A DNA stretch of 64,000 bases from an uncultured Chloroflexia bacterium (GCA_963793795.1 CAWCBN010000010.1:345200-409199), one strand, 5' to 3'. Counted from the first letter of the stretch, positions 28,973 through 38,482 are shown. The notes: generated by a model from the letters alone, not told the origin. Numbers and translations: made by a program.

Positions 28973-30664
28973 TCAACGAAGGCGCTCGCGTGCCGAGCGG
29001 GGTACCCAGGCGAGTATGGTCGTTCCCTCGCCGATGATCGAGGTGATATCCAGGTCACCGCCCACATTGGCAACGCGCGTCTGCATGTTGGCAAGACCGT
29101 GCCCAACGGTCCTGGTGACAGCATTCAGGTCGAAGCCACGTCCATTGTCGTAGAGCTCGAGCAGGACCCGGTCAGGGGTTGTCCATAGGTCGACAGACAC
29201 CTTGGTTGCGCGGGCATGTTTGGCTGTATTTGCCAGGCTCTCCTGGCAAATGTGGAACAATGCCATGGCATTATTCTGGGGCAGATCGTTCAAGAACTCA
29301 CTCTTCGGCCCCGCAAGGGTCACTTCCACCTTGGTGTTATGCCGAAACTCGGCCACGAGCCGTTCGAGCCCCTCGATCAGGCTTTCGCCGCGCAATTGGC
29401 GCGGGCGGAGATCCAGGATGTAATTGCGGATGTCGCGGATGGTGCGATTGATATCCTCCACTCCCCTGGACAGGCGTTCTTCGGCGACCTGGGGATTTTC
29501 GCGCAATTGCAGGCGGGCATTTTCCAGCGACAGCCCGACGCCATAGATGGATTGAATGATGCCATCGTGCAGATCCATGCCGATCCGTTCACGTTCCTCG
29601 AGAACCGCAAGGCGGCGAACATTGGAATGCAAACGTGCATTCTCGATGGCGGTGCCGGCTTCCGCACCCACCGAGACCAGCATTTGCAATTCCTTGTGGG
29701 TGAGCGATTTCCGGTCGCGGGTGGCGATGGTCAGCACACCCACCGCCTCGCCGCGCGAGGTCAAAGGGATGCAGGCAATCTGCTTGAAACCGGCATCCAC
29801 CACTGCCTGGCGGACTGCGCCGTCATCACGCTCGAGATGGCTGCTGACAACAGCTTTGCGGTTCTCGGCGGCCTTGCCGATCATCCCCTCGCCTATCTTG
29901 AAGCGGTTGCGGGTCCAGAAGGCTTCGGCGGCTTCCCCGCGATGCAGGGTCAAACGCAGGGTTTCGTTATCATCTTCCAGCAGGAAGATCTCCCCAGCTT
30001 CCACCTTGAAATGAGCCATCAACAGGGCGAGGGTCTTGTTCAGGATGTCGTCCAGTTCCAGGGAGGAGCCCATCGCCAATCCGACCTGGTTCAGGAGTGC
30101 CAGTTCATCATTACGGCGCGCCAATTCCTTGTCATGTTCCTGCAATCTTTCATATAAGTGAGCATTGTCGATCGCTGCAGCGGCATAGGCAGCCAACATT
30201 TCGATGATCATCTCATCATCGGGAGTGAATTCTGCGGCGCCCTCTTTCTCGGTAAGGTAGATCTGCCCCAATTGGCGCCTGCCCAGGCGGATGGGCACAC
30301 CCAGCAGGGAATGCATCTCGGCATGCCCGGCGGGAAAACCTACACTGCGCGGGTCGGCAGATATCTCCGGGAGGCGAATATTTCCGCCATCGCCGTGCAT
30401 CAGGGCACCGATCAGGCCGTGACCACGCGGTGGATGGGGAATGCGCTTGATCTCTTCGCTAGTCATCCCGATGGTGATGAACTTTTTTAGGTTTCCACTT
30501 TCATCCAGAACCCCCACAGCTGCATACCGAGCCCCAGCCTGCTCGCAGGCGATGGAAGCCACTCGCTCGAGAAGCGTTTCCAGGGAAATATTCTTTACCA
30601 ATTCGAGACTTGCCCGGTGCAGGGCAATCAGCCTGTCTTGCAGTTCTTCACGAGTCAGGAGCAT
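28973..30664 (-). CDS. Tandem-GAF sensor histidine kinase (DevS/DosS-like; HisKA_3 + HATPase_c)
   Basis: Intact 563-aa ORF. GAF-A block GLIGALM...LRLPEISADPRSVGFPAGHAEMHSLLGVPI...IYLTEKE..FTPDDE resembles DevS/DosT. HisKA_3 motif ERERIGMDLHDGIIQS. ATPase blocks DNGRGF and GHGLANM. Confidence 0.88.
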   Translation of the reverse strand: MLLTREELQDRLIALHRASLELVKNISLETLLERVASIACEQAGARYAAVGVLDESGNLKKFITIGMTSEEIKRIPHPPRGHGLIGALMHGDGGNIRLPEISADPRSVGFPAGHAEMHSLLGVPIRLGRRQLGQIYLTEKEGAAEFTPDDEMIIEMLAAYAAAAIDNAHLYERLQEHDKELARRNDELALLNQVGLAMGSSLELDDILNKTLALLMAHFKVEAGEIFLLEDDNETLRLTLHRGEAAEAFWTRNRFKIGEGMIGKAAENRKAVVSSHLERDDGAVRQAVVDAGFKQIACIPLTSRGEAVGVLTIATRDRKSLTHKELQMLVSVGAEAGTAIENARLHSNVRRLAVLEERERIGMDLHDGIIQSIYGVGLSLENARLQLRENPQVAEERLSRGVEDINRTIRDIRNYILDLRPRQLRGESLIEGLERLVAEFRHNTKVEVTLAGPKSEFLNDLPQNNAMALFHICQESLANTAKHARATKVSVDLWTTPDRVLLELYDNGRGFDLNAVTRTVGHGLANMQTRVANVGGDLDITSIIGEGTTILAWVPRSARERLR

Positions 30665-30752
30665 TTGGTAGACCTCTGCGTAATTCTACTCTATTTGTCC
30701 GAATTCTGCCAGTTTGATAGATTTTGCCAGCGACACCTGTTAGAATCTGCCC

Positions 30753-32027
30753 ATGAGCACTTCCCGAATTCCTGGTTTTTATATCCTCCCTCCCGACCAA
30801 CGGTTGGACAAGCTGACCAGCGCAGCAGGACTCCCCGATGGGCAACTTTCCGCACTTCGTTCGAACCTGAGCCCCGAGCAGGCTGATCACATGGTCGAAA
30901 ATTCTGTGGGTACCTTCAACCTTCCGCTGGGGATCGGCTTGAATTTCGTGGTGAACGGACGCGAGGTGCTGGTCCCGATGGCGATCGAAGAGCCCTCGGT
31001 CATCGCCGGGGCATCCTTCATGGCAAAACTTGCGCGTGCCGGGGGTGGGTTCATTGTCACCACCGATGAGCCGCTCATGATCGGACAAATGCAGGTCCTG
31101 GATTTGTCTGACATCGATGGCGCCCGCCTGGCATTGCTGGAGCACAAGGTCGAATTGCTCACTGCAGCAGACGAGATCGACCCCATATTGAAGAAATTGG
31201 GCGGCGGGGCACGTGACCTGGAAGTACGCATCATCCCCGAATCCCCGATTGGACCCTTCCTGGTGGTGCACCTGGTCTACGATGTGCGCGATGCCATGGG
31301 CGCCAACGCAATCAACACCGCCTGCGAGACACTTGCGCCGCGCATCGAACAGATCACCGGCGGGCGGGTGCACCTGCGCATCCTCTCCAACCTGGCTGAC
31401 CGGCGCCTGGCCCGCGCTCACTGCACCATCCCGGTGGCGGACCTGGCATTCGACGATTTTACCGGCGAACGGGTGCGCGATGGCATCATCGAAGCCTGGG
31501 CATTTGCGGCTTCTGACCCATATCGCGCCGCAACGCACAACAAGGGCATCATGAATGGTGTGGACGCGGTGGTCATCGCCACGGGCAATGACTGGCGCGC
31601 CATCGAGGCCGGGGCACACGCCTACGCGGCACGCAGCGGACGTTACACCAGTCTCTCCACCTGGGGCAAGGATGAGAATGGCAACCTGGCAGGCACGTTG
31701 GAATTGCCCATGGCAGTGGGCATCGTTGGCGGGGCGACCAGGGTGCACCCGGCAGCCAAAGCCGCGCTCAGGATGATGGACATCCAAAGCGCCAGGGATT
31801 TGGCCGGCATCATCGCCGCCGTGGGGCTGGCGCAGAACCTGGCTGCCTTGCGTGCCCTGGCCACCGAAGGCATCCAGCGCGGGCACATGACGCTGCATGC
31901 GCGCCAGGTGGCAATCGCCGCGGGTGCTGGCGCTGATCTCGTCGAAAAGGTCGCTGCCCAAATGGTGGCGGAGAAGGCCATTCGTCTCGACCGGGCTGAA
32001 GAGATATTGCGCTCCATGACTTCATAG
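30753..32027 (+). CDS. mvaA: Class II (bacterial-type) HMG-CoA reductase
   Basis: Intact 424-aa ORF with ENSVGTFNLPLGIGLNFVVNG, MAIEEPSVIAGAS, DAMGANAINT, ATHNKGIMNG and GTVGG-like IVGGATRVHP blocks typical of class II HMGR. Confidence 0.92.
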   Translation: MSTSRIPGFYILPPDQRLDKLTSAAGLPDGQLSALRSNLSPEQADHMVENSVGTFNLPLGIGLNFVVNGREVLVPMAIEEPSVIAGASFMAKLARAGGGFIVTTDEPLMIGQMQVLDLSDIDGARLALLEHKVELLTAADEIDPILKKLGGGARDLEVRIIPESPIGPFLVVHLVYDVRDAMGANAINTACETLAPRIEQITGGRVHLRILSNLADRRLARAHCTIPVADLAFDDFTGERVRDGIIEAWAFAASDPYRAATHNKGIMNGVDAVVIATGNDWRAIEAGAHAYAARSGRYTSLSTWGKDENGNLAGTLELPMAVGIVGGATRVHPAAKAALRMMDIQSARDLAGIIAAVGLAQNLAALRALATEGIQRGHMTLHARQVAIAAGAGADLVEKVAAQMVAEKAIRLDRAEEILRSMTS

Positions 32028-32084
32028 TCCCAAACGTGATTACTGACTTGGAATCCTATTCCTCCTGATAAGGAGAATTCTTTA

Positions 32085-33155
32085 ATGACCGAAAACAAAA
32101 CCCTGCTCAAGCCCTCCCGACCCACCGGCATCGTCGGCTATGGTGCCTACGTGCCGCGCTACCGGCTCCCGGCACGCGAAGTCACGCGTGTCTGGGCTGG
32201 AGGGCGCACTGCCGGCATGCCGATCAAGGAAAAGGCCGTCCCCGGCATGGACGAGGACGTGGTCACCATGTCGCTTGAAGCCGTGCGTAATGCCATGAAG
32301 CGCGCCTTGATCGATCCAGCCGAGATCCGCGCGGTGTGGATCGGCTCGGAATCCCATCCTTATGCGGTCAAGCCGACTTCCACCATCGTCGCCGAAGCCA
32401 TCGGTGCCGCGCCGCATGTCCAGGCAGCCGATATGGAATTTGCCTGCAAGGCTGGGACCGAGGCGATGGTCATGGCGATGGGCATGGTAGGCTCGGGCAT
32501 GGCTCGCTATGCCGTGGCAGGAGGTCTCGACACTGCCCAGGGAAAGCCTGGCGACGCCCTCGAGTACACCGCGGCAGCAGGCGGCGCAGCCTTTGTCATC
32601 GGCCCGGCGGATGAGAGCCTGGCGGTGATCAACGCCGCCTATTCGTATGTCACCGACACCCCCGATTTTTGGCGCCGCGAATACCAGCATTATCCCGAAC
32701 ACGGCAACCGTTTCACCGGCGAGCCAGCCTATTTTAAACATATCGTCTCTGCCGGCAAGATCATGATGGATGCGCTGGGAACAAAAGCCACGGACTACAC
32801 CTGGGCTGTCTTCCACCAGCCAAATACCAAGTTCCCCCAACGGGTTGGAGCGTTGCTCGGATTCAACGCAGAGCAGATCGCCCCCGGGCTGCTCTCCCCC
32901 GTCATCGGCAACACCTATGCCGGCGCAGCGATCATCGGGCTCACCGCAATCCTGGATGTCGCCAGCCCGGGTGACCGCATCCTGATGGTCTCCTTTGGCT
33001 CCGGCGCAGGGTCGGACGCATTCGATATTACCGTGACCGGGAAATTGCTCGAAAGGCGCGACCTGGCACCCAAGACGCAGGAATACATTGCCCGGCGTAC
33101 CGAGATCGACTATGCCACGTACGCCCGGTTACGAGGAAAGATAGCCACCAAGTGA
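32085..33155 (+). CDS. HMG-CoA synthase, short archaeal-type (about 356 aa)
   Basis: [13 protein letters not shown]..., [23 protein letters not shown] (active-site Cys region), FHQPN and GNTYAGA blocks. AAGGAGA RBS. The size and its thiolase/DUF35 neighbours match the archaeal-type enzyme. Confidence 0.9.
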   Translation: MTENKTLLKPSRPTGIVGYGAYVPRYRLPAREVTRVWAGGRTAGMPIKEKAVPGMDEDVVTMSLEAVRNAMKRALIDPAEIRAVWIGSESHPYAVKPTSTIVAEAIGAAPHVQAADMEFACKAGTEAMVMAMGMVGSGMARYAVAGGLDTAQGKPGDALEYTAAAGGAAFVIGPADESLAVINAAYSYVTDTPDFWRREYQHYPEHGNRFTGEPAYFKHIVSAGKIMMDALGTKATDYTWAVFHQPNTKFPQRVGALLGFNAEQIAPGLLSPVIGNTYAGAAIIGLTAILDVASPGDRILMVSFGSGAGSDAFDITVTGKLLERRDLAPKTQEYIARRTEIDYATYARLRGKIATK

Positions 33156-33256
33156 TCCGGCACCAGGCAACAGGCAACCAGGAAAGAACCCTGGTTGAAT
33201 GGCTGGTCACAGGCGAGAAGACGAAAAGAAAGACCTATTGATCAAGAGGCAAATTC

Positions 33257-34423
33257 ATGACTGATGTCGTCATTGCTGGAATCGGACAAATCCCCGTCGG
33301 CGAGCATTGGGACACCTCCCTGCGCTCCATGGCTGTGCGTGCCATCCAGGCAGCCATCGCTGACTCGGGGGGTATGAAACCGCAAGCGCTGTATGCCGGG
33401 AATGCACTGGCTGCCAACCTGTCCCGCCAGGCCCATATTGGCACACTGCTGGCTGACTATGCCGGCCTGACCGGCATCGAGGCGGCTGCCTTTGAAGCCG
33501 GCGGTGCCTCTGGCGCGGCTGCCCTGCGCCAGGCGACCCTGGCGATCAAGAGTGGATTGGTGGACGTGGCGCTCGTGGTCGGAGTGGAGAAATATACTGA
33601 CAAGATCGGCCCCGACCTGGAGGAATCCACCTCCACCCTGACCGATAGTGAGTATGAGGCCGTCCACGGGCTGACGCTTACCGCCCAGGCTGCCCTGCTG
33701 GCCCGGCGGTACATGTTCGAGTTCAACGTCCCTGCAGACGGGCTGGCGGGTTTCGCCCTCACCGCACACGCCAACGGTGTGGGGAATAAAAATGCCATGT
33801 ATCGCAAGGCCATCGCACTGGAGACTTACCAAAAAGCCGAGATGGTGTGCGATCCGCTCAACCTGTTTGACATTGCCCCCCTCGCCGACGGCGCCGCAGC
33901 CCTCCTCCTGGCGCGCGGCGACCTGATTTCGGCTGGTTTCTCCAATCCTGTGGTCCGCATCGCCGCCTCCGCCTCGGCAAGCGACTCGCTGGGGCTGCAT
34001 GACCGCCCCGATCCACTGGAATGGAATGCGGCCCGGCGGTCCATTGAGAACGCCCTGCAAAAAGCCGGTTTCAGCAGGGAGCAGGTGGACCTGTTCGAAT
34101 ACTGTGATGCATTCTCGATCCATGCCGCCCTCTCGCTGGAAGCCGCCGGATATGCGCAGCGCGGACAGGGTTGGAAACTGGCTGCAGACGGATCCATCTC
34201 CCTGACCGGCCAGATCCCTTGTGCCACGCTGGGGGGGCTCAAAGCGCGCGGCAATCCACTCGGAGCCAGCGGCGTTTACCAGGCGGTCGAAGCCACGCTG
34301 CAGTTACGCGGCAACGCAGGGACCAACCAGATCACAGGCGCCAGGGTGGCGATGATCCAAGCCCTGGCAGGTCCGGCGTCCCTGGCAGTCACACATATTT
34401 TGGAGAGGATGGAGAAGAGTTAG
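33257..34423 (+). CDS. Thiolase (acetyl-CoA acetyltransferase), archaeal-type
   Basis: Intact 388-aa ORF. Thiolase-fold blocks VVIAGIGQIPVGEH, VVGVEKYTD, LFEYCDAFSI, GGLKARGNPLGASG. Confidence 0.9.
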   Translation: MTDVVIAGIGQIPVGEHWDTSLRSMAVRAIQAAIADSGGMKPQALYAGNALAANLSRQAHIGTLLADYAGLTGIEAAAFEAGGASGAAALRQATLAIKSGLVDVALVVGVEKYTDKIGPDLEESTSTLTDSEYEAVHGLTLTAQAALLARRYMFEFNVPADGLAGFALTAHANGVGNKNAMYRKAIALETYQKAEMVCDPLNLFDIAPLADGAAALLLARGDLISAGFSNPVVRIAASASASDSLGLHDRPDPLEWNAARRSIENALQKAGFSREQVDLFEYCDAFSIHAALSLEAAGYAQRGQGWKLAADGSISLTGQIPCATLGGLKARGNPLGASGVYQAVEATLQLRGNAGTNQITGARVAMIQALAGPASLAVTHILERMEKS

Positions 34424-34544
34424 TGAGAAAGTGATTAGAGAGTCGTCACTGCATTGTTGCAAACTCTCTTCACCACTACTCAATTCCTGCTCACTGTTCT
34501 CTGCTCTCTCTCGCTCTCTCTTCTCTCTAGTTTCTGGAGGTCTT

Positions 34545-34947
34545 ATGGAAATTGCTCGCCATTGGCGCTTGAAAGAACAACGTTACAACCTGGTCGGCAC
34601 AACCTGCACACAATGCGGTGAAAAATCCTTCCCGCCGCGCGACATCTGCCCAAAGTGCGGAGGCGAGGGCAAAGACAGCATTCGCTTTCAGCGGAAAGGG
34701 TGAAGTGTACTCGTTCACCTCGATCTACGAAGCCCCCACCGGCTTTGATGAAAGCGCACCCTATACCGTGGCATTGGTGCGGCTCAAGGAAGGCCCGCTG
34801 GTGACCGCCCAACTGACCGACCTGGGTGATGACCTGCCCCAGATCGGTATGCCAGTGGAAATGGTCACACGCCGTCTGCGCTCCGACGGTGATGAGCGCG
34901 GTATGCTAATATATGGCTATAAGTTTAGACCCGTACTGCAAGCCTGA
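34545..34947 (+). CDS. DUF35 OB-fold/zinc-ribbon protein (thiolase-HMGCS scaffold type), one frameshift
   Basis: GGAGG RBS, then MEIARHWRLKEQRYNLVGTTCTQCGEKSFPPRDICPKCGG (CxxC...CxxC zinc ribbon) / FAFSGKGEVYSFTSIYEAP...VALVRLKEGPLVTAQL (OB fold). The frame change is near 34680. Confidence 0.8.
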
Positions 34948-35075
34948 GAACATATGCTAATCTATCCCCATTAGGGGACAGGCGGCTATAAGTTCAGACC
35001 TGTACTGCAAGCCTGAGAACATATGCTAATTTATCCCCATAAGGGGACAGGCGGGTATAAGTTCAGGCCGATGTT
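34901..35075. repeat. About 2.5 tandem copies of a 69-bp unit that duplicates the DUF35 gene 3' end plus a small hairpin
   Basis: Native end 34902-34951. Full unit 34952-35020: ATATGCTAATCTATCCCCATTAGGGGACAGGCGGCTATAAGTTCAGACCTGTACTGCAAGCCTGAGAAC. Partial unit 35021-35075. Each unit contains TCCCC-ATTA-GGGGA. Confidence 0.85.
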
Positions 35076-35113
35076 CGCCGGTTCGCGGTGAATTCCAGAA
35101 TTCTCACACCAAT

Positions 35114-35146
35114 AAAGCGTCTTCCTGAATTGGAGGGCGCTTTTTT
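35114..35146 (+). terminator. Rho-independent terminator of the mevalonate operon
   Basis: AAAGCGTCTTCC-TGAATT-GGAGGGCGCTTT (12-bp stem with two G-U pairs) followed by TTTTTT. Confidence 0.7.
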
Positions 35147-35449
35147 CTCAAACCAGAAAATCCATTCAACCTACTGGTAAGTTTTCATATTGATACGCAG
35201 TTGAGCGCGTGGATAATAATCATAGTAAGGCGGATCATGTAAAGTACATAAACCAGGGTAAAGAAAAATTCCACCCTCTTTAGTATAGTACAGGGTAATT
35301 GTTCCAATTTGGAGATTAACTGGTATGATTAATAAACAGCCAACATGCTGTCATATTAAGGTTTCAATTCTAGCTGAGACCCTTTGACAGAAATGTGTCT
35401 TCCTGAGAGTAAAGAGTTATATACTGCTTGATGATTAGGCGTTTTGCTT

Positions 35450-36403
35450 ATGAATAGTAAAAGTGCCAACAAACTCACCTTCGGGATCTCACTTGGACCG
35501 GTACCGCCCTGGAAACGAATCGTTGAAGAAGCACGATTGGTTAAATCTTTGGGCTTTGATAAGCTCTGGCTGCCGGATCATTTCGTTAATCCGCAAGACA
35601 AAGGGATGGATTGGTTCGATTGCTGGAGTGTGCTGACCGCATTGGGAACCCAAACAGATAAGATCATCCTGGGGAATTTGGTTGCCAGTATGACCTTGCG
35701 GAATCCAGCCATCCTGGCGCGGATGGCACTCACCCTGGATCATATCTCTGGCGGACGGCTGGAATTGGGTATTGGTGCCGGTGGATCCCCGAGCTGCCAC
35801 AAGATGACCGGCGTTCCCAACTGGGAACCGCATGAGCGCTCAGAACGCTATAAGGAATTTGTAGAGATCCTGGAGCACATGTTGAAGAATGAAGTAACCA
35901 CATACCATGGAAAATATTACAATATTCAAGAAGCACATATGCACCCAAAGTTTATTTCGAGGCCCCACCCGGCTTTAAACGTGGCAGCCCACGGCCCGAA
36001 GGCTTTATGGCTTGCTGCAAAGTATGGGGACGCATGGAATAGCTATAACCCTGGAAAGGACTTAACCCCCAAACAAAGCAGCGAGATCATCCGTCAACGC
36101 TGTAGTCTGTTATGTGAGTTCGCCAATGAAGCTGGGCGTGATCCAAAACAGATTGGACGAACATTCATCTTTGGATGGACGTCAGACGGCTTGTTCCGCT
36201 CCATGGACGCGTTTTATGATGCCATTGGGCGCTACGCTGAAGCCGGTATTAATGATTTTTGTTTTCTGTATGCCAATGGAGTTGATAGCTGGAAGGAACA
36301 AGCCATTACAACCGAGGATCTGCTGCACCGGATTGCCTTGGATGCAATTCCTACTCTGAGACATAAGATAAATGCATCTGTCTCATCAGGGATGAGCGGG
36401 TAG
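35450..36403 (+). CDS. LLM-class (luciferase-like) flavin/F420-dependent oxidoreductase
   Basis: Intact ORF with FDKLWLPDH, LTLDHISGGRLELGIGAG and HPKFISRPHPALNVAA blocks typical of luciferase-like monooxygenases. Start set at the ATG 6 nt inside the TTG-initiated ORF. Confidence 0.85.
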   Translation: MNSKSANKLTFGISLGPVPPWKRIVEEARLVKSLGFDKLWLPDHFVNPQDKGMDWFDCWSVLTALGTQTDKIILGNLVASMTLRNPAILARMALTLDHISGGRLELGIGAGGSPSCHKMTGVPNWEPHERSERYKEFVEILEHMLKNEVTTYHGKYYNIQEAHMHPKFISRPHPALNVAAHGPKALWLAAKYGDAWNSYNPGKDLTPKQSSEIIRQRCSLLCEFANEAGRDPKQIGRTFIFGWTSDGLFRSMDAFYDAIGRYAEAGINDFCFLYANGVDSWKEQAITTEDLLHRIALDAIPTLRHKINASVSSGMSG

Positions 36404-36699
36404 GAACCAAAGTGGGGCGCGAGTGCAATCCCATCGGCAGGCTGATAGAGCATACTCCGGAGTGGTGGAATTTTCCACTCAAAAAGAGGAGTACACTTGG
36501 CTTTAGGCAGGTCCGCCAAATCTGTGTTTATCTCGTCCCAACCAGCGGGTAAGGCAAGCAATATACGTAAATGAGTGTTGCTGTATTGAAAGTTTGTTTG
36601 CCATCAGAGGATTTTAGGTTGAATTACCCCATTTAAAGCCAAAGTAATCAAAGAGATGATTGGCAGATATCAGCTCACTTTATACAGAGGATTAAGAAA

Positions 36700-37289
36700 T
36701 GAATAACATGAATCCCAAGGTTGATTTCTTTTTTAGCAAAGCCGAAACAATGGCACGACGAATTCGAGAAATTAAGAATGATCATCCTTGACTGCGGGCT
36801 GACCGAAGAATTGAAGTGGGGAGTACCTTGTTACACGTTTCAGAAAAGCAACATCGTTCTAATCCATGGATTTAAAGAATACTGTGCGATCCTGTTTGTC
36901 AAAGGTGCCTTGTTACAGGATGACCACGGGCTTCTGATCCAACAAACGGAGAATGTGCAGGCGGCGCGCCAGATCCGGTTCACCACTGTTCGGGAAATAG
37001 TGGAGTTGGAACCCATCTTGAAAGCCTATGTTCATGAAGCAATTGAAGTGGAAAAAGCCGGTCTGAAAGTGAATTTTAAAAAGGCTACAGAATTCACCAT
37101 TCCTGAAGAATTTATCAATAAATTGGAGTCGAGTTCCTGGCCTTGCAAGACGCTTTTGATGCATTGACTCCGGGACGGCAAAGAGCATACATTCTTTATT
37201 TCTCGGCGCCCAAACAATCCAAAACCCGGGAGTCAAGGATTGAAAAATGTTTACCGCAAATTCTCAATGGAAAGGGATTAAATGATTAG
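36700..37289 (+). CDS. YdeI/DUF1801 family protein, two frameshifts
   Basis: [15 protein letters not shown] / [32 protein letters not shown]...[21 protein letters not shown]...EEFINKLE / ...[44 protein letters not shown]. Frame changes are near 36750 and 37130. Confidence 0.75.
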
Positions 37290-37406
37290 ATGATTCGATG
37301 AGAAAGAATATGGAATCGCACTTTTCGATATTTTTCCCTGGTCGACCGCAAGAACATATTGACTCAAATTCTGTTTACACACCCTTCAAAAGAGGTAAGA
37401 AAAAAT

Positions 37407-37982
37407 ATGAACAACATGAATAGCAATAATAAGGAGTTGTCATCAGAACAACGTGAAGAAATCCTCAGAACATTGAAGACCCGTTTTGAGAAAAACATGC
37501 ACCGCCATCAAGGTATCGAATGGGTGAAAGTACAAGCCAAGCTCGAAGCTCACCCTGAAAAACTGTGGTCACTCCATGAAATGGAAAGAACTGGCGGTGA
37601 ACCGGATGTTATTGGTCATGATCAAAAGACGGGCGAATACATTTTTTATGATTGTTCAGCAGAAAGCCCAATAGGCCGCAGAAATGTTTGTTACGACCGT
37701 GAAGCGCTGGAATCAAGGAAAGAAAATAAGCCAAAGGATTCCGCATTGAATATGGCAGCTGCCATGGGCATCGAGATTTTAACGCGAAGACAATATCGAG
37801 AGTTGCAGAAACTTGGAAATTTCGATACGAAAACATCGAGCTGGTTGAAAACACCTTCAGAAATCAGGCAACTCGGCGGTGCCATCTTCGGTGATCGTCG
37901 CTACAACCATGTCTTCGTGTATCACAACGGTGCCGAGTCTTACTATGGCGCCAGGGGATTCCGTGGCTCACTGAGGGTCTAG
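37407..37982 (+). CDS. DUF4256 domain protein
   Basis: MNNMNSNNKELSSEQREEILRTLKTRFEKNMHRH...MERTGGEPDVIG...FYDCSAESP...GGAIFGDRRYNHVFVYHNGAESYYGARGFRG matches my recollection of DUF4256. AGAGGT lies before the ATG. Confidence 0.75.
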   Translation: MNNMNSNNKELSSEQREEILRTLKTRFEKNMHRHQGIEWVKVQAKLEAHPEKLWSLHEMERTGGEPDVIGHDQKTGEYIFYDCSAESPIGRRNVCYDREALESRKENKPKDSALNMAAAMGIEILTRRQYRELQKLGNFDTKTSSWLKTPSEIRQLGGAIFGDRRYNHVFVYHNGAESYYGARGFRGSLRV

Positions 37983-38025
37983 GATCATCCACAAACGCCA
38001 AAATTATCCACTTCCATTACAAGCT

Positions 38026-38062
38026 CCGCCCCCGGTACTCAAGCCGGGGGCGCTGTCTATTT
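38026..38062 (+). terminator. Rho-independent terminator
   Basis: CGCCCCCGG-TACTCAAG-CCGGGGGCG followed by CTGTCTATTTT. Confidence 0.7.
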
Positions 38063-38082
38063 TCATGTGCTGTACTTTTCCG

Positions 38083-38308
38083 ATGCTCATTGATCTCTTC
38101 GGCGGGACATTTGATCCGCCCCACCTGTGTCACCTGGCTCTCAGCCGGGCGGCACAAACCGGGCTCGAGCTCGACCGCCTGTTGTGGCTGCTCACCCCAA
38201 ATCCACCGCACAAGCGCGGGTGTGCCATCACCCCACTCGTCCACCGCTTGGCAATGGTGGAAATTGCCCTCGACGGACAACCTTTCGAACTCTCCCGCCT
38301 GGACATTG
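38083..38308 (+). pseudogene. Duplicated 5' fragment of nadD (about 75 codons)
   Basis: MLIDLFGGTFDPPHLCHLALSRAAQTGLELDRLLWLLTPNPPHKRGCAITPLVHRLAMVEIALDGQPFELSRLDI. By eye it is more than 90 percent identical in nucleotides to 39406-39632. Homology stops abruptly at 38308. Confidence 0.8.
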
Positions 38309-38482
38309 CCGGAAATCTTCTTTTTCGGGGTGATGCCCATCTGCATCAAGCGGTCATCGCAGCATTGACTGCCACTGCATGGATTTTCACCAGGACTTCA
38401 GCTCCTGCGCGGCGGGTTTTTCCACCTCAGGGAGGACAAGAACGTCAGGTGAATTGGTCTTATCGTAGATGACTGCCTTCAT
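38309..38482 (-). pseudogene. Truncated N-terminus of a zinc-type (MDR) alcohol dehydrogenase/quinone oxidoreductase
   Basis: MKAVIYDKTNSPDVLVLPEVEKPAAQELK / VLVKIHAVAVNAA, the typical MDR N-terminus. The ATG overlaps the XRE stop (ATGA). The reading breaks off where the nadD fragment begins. Confidence 0.55.

Noticed and set aside
30665-30752. TAGAAT box 6 nt before the HMG-CoA reductase ATG with no Shine-Dalgarno sequence, suggesting a leaderless mRNA.
   Set aside because: No acceptable -35 element lies at 16-18 nt spacing. A single hexamer is too weak to support a promoter or leaderless call without transcript mapping.
30648-31961. 437-aa ORF antisense to the HMG-CoA reductase gene. Similar long antisense or shadow ORFs occur elsewhere, e.g. 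33242..34123, 32082..32840, 13760..14662, 15878..16390, 27501..28106, 29216..30157, 47027..47905, 51601..52653.
   Set aside because: All lie inside strongly supported genes on the other strand. They have Arg/Gly/Pro/His-rich low-complexity translations typical of GC-rich antisense frames, and none has a recognisable domain or ribosome-binding site.
36404-36600. Possible small minus-strand gene (MANKLSIQQHSFTYI / LALPAGWDEINTDLADLPKAKCTPLFEWKIPPLRSMLYQPADGIALAPHFG) between the LLM and YdeI genes.
   Set aside because: It needs a frameshift to be read and has no recognisable family or clear ribosome-binding site. It may be a gene remnant, so it is left unannotated.
38017-38349. 110-aa minus-strand ORF spanning the nadD fragment.
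   Set aside because: It is a chimera. Its first residues belong to the truncated MDR dehydrogenase reading, and the rest is antisense to the duplicated nadD 5' fragment.
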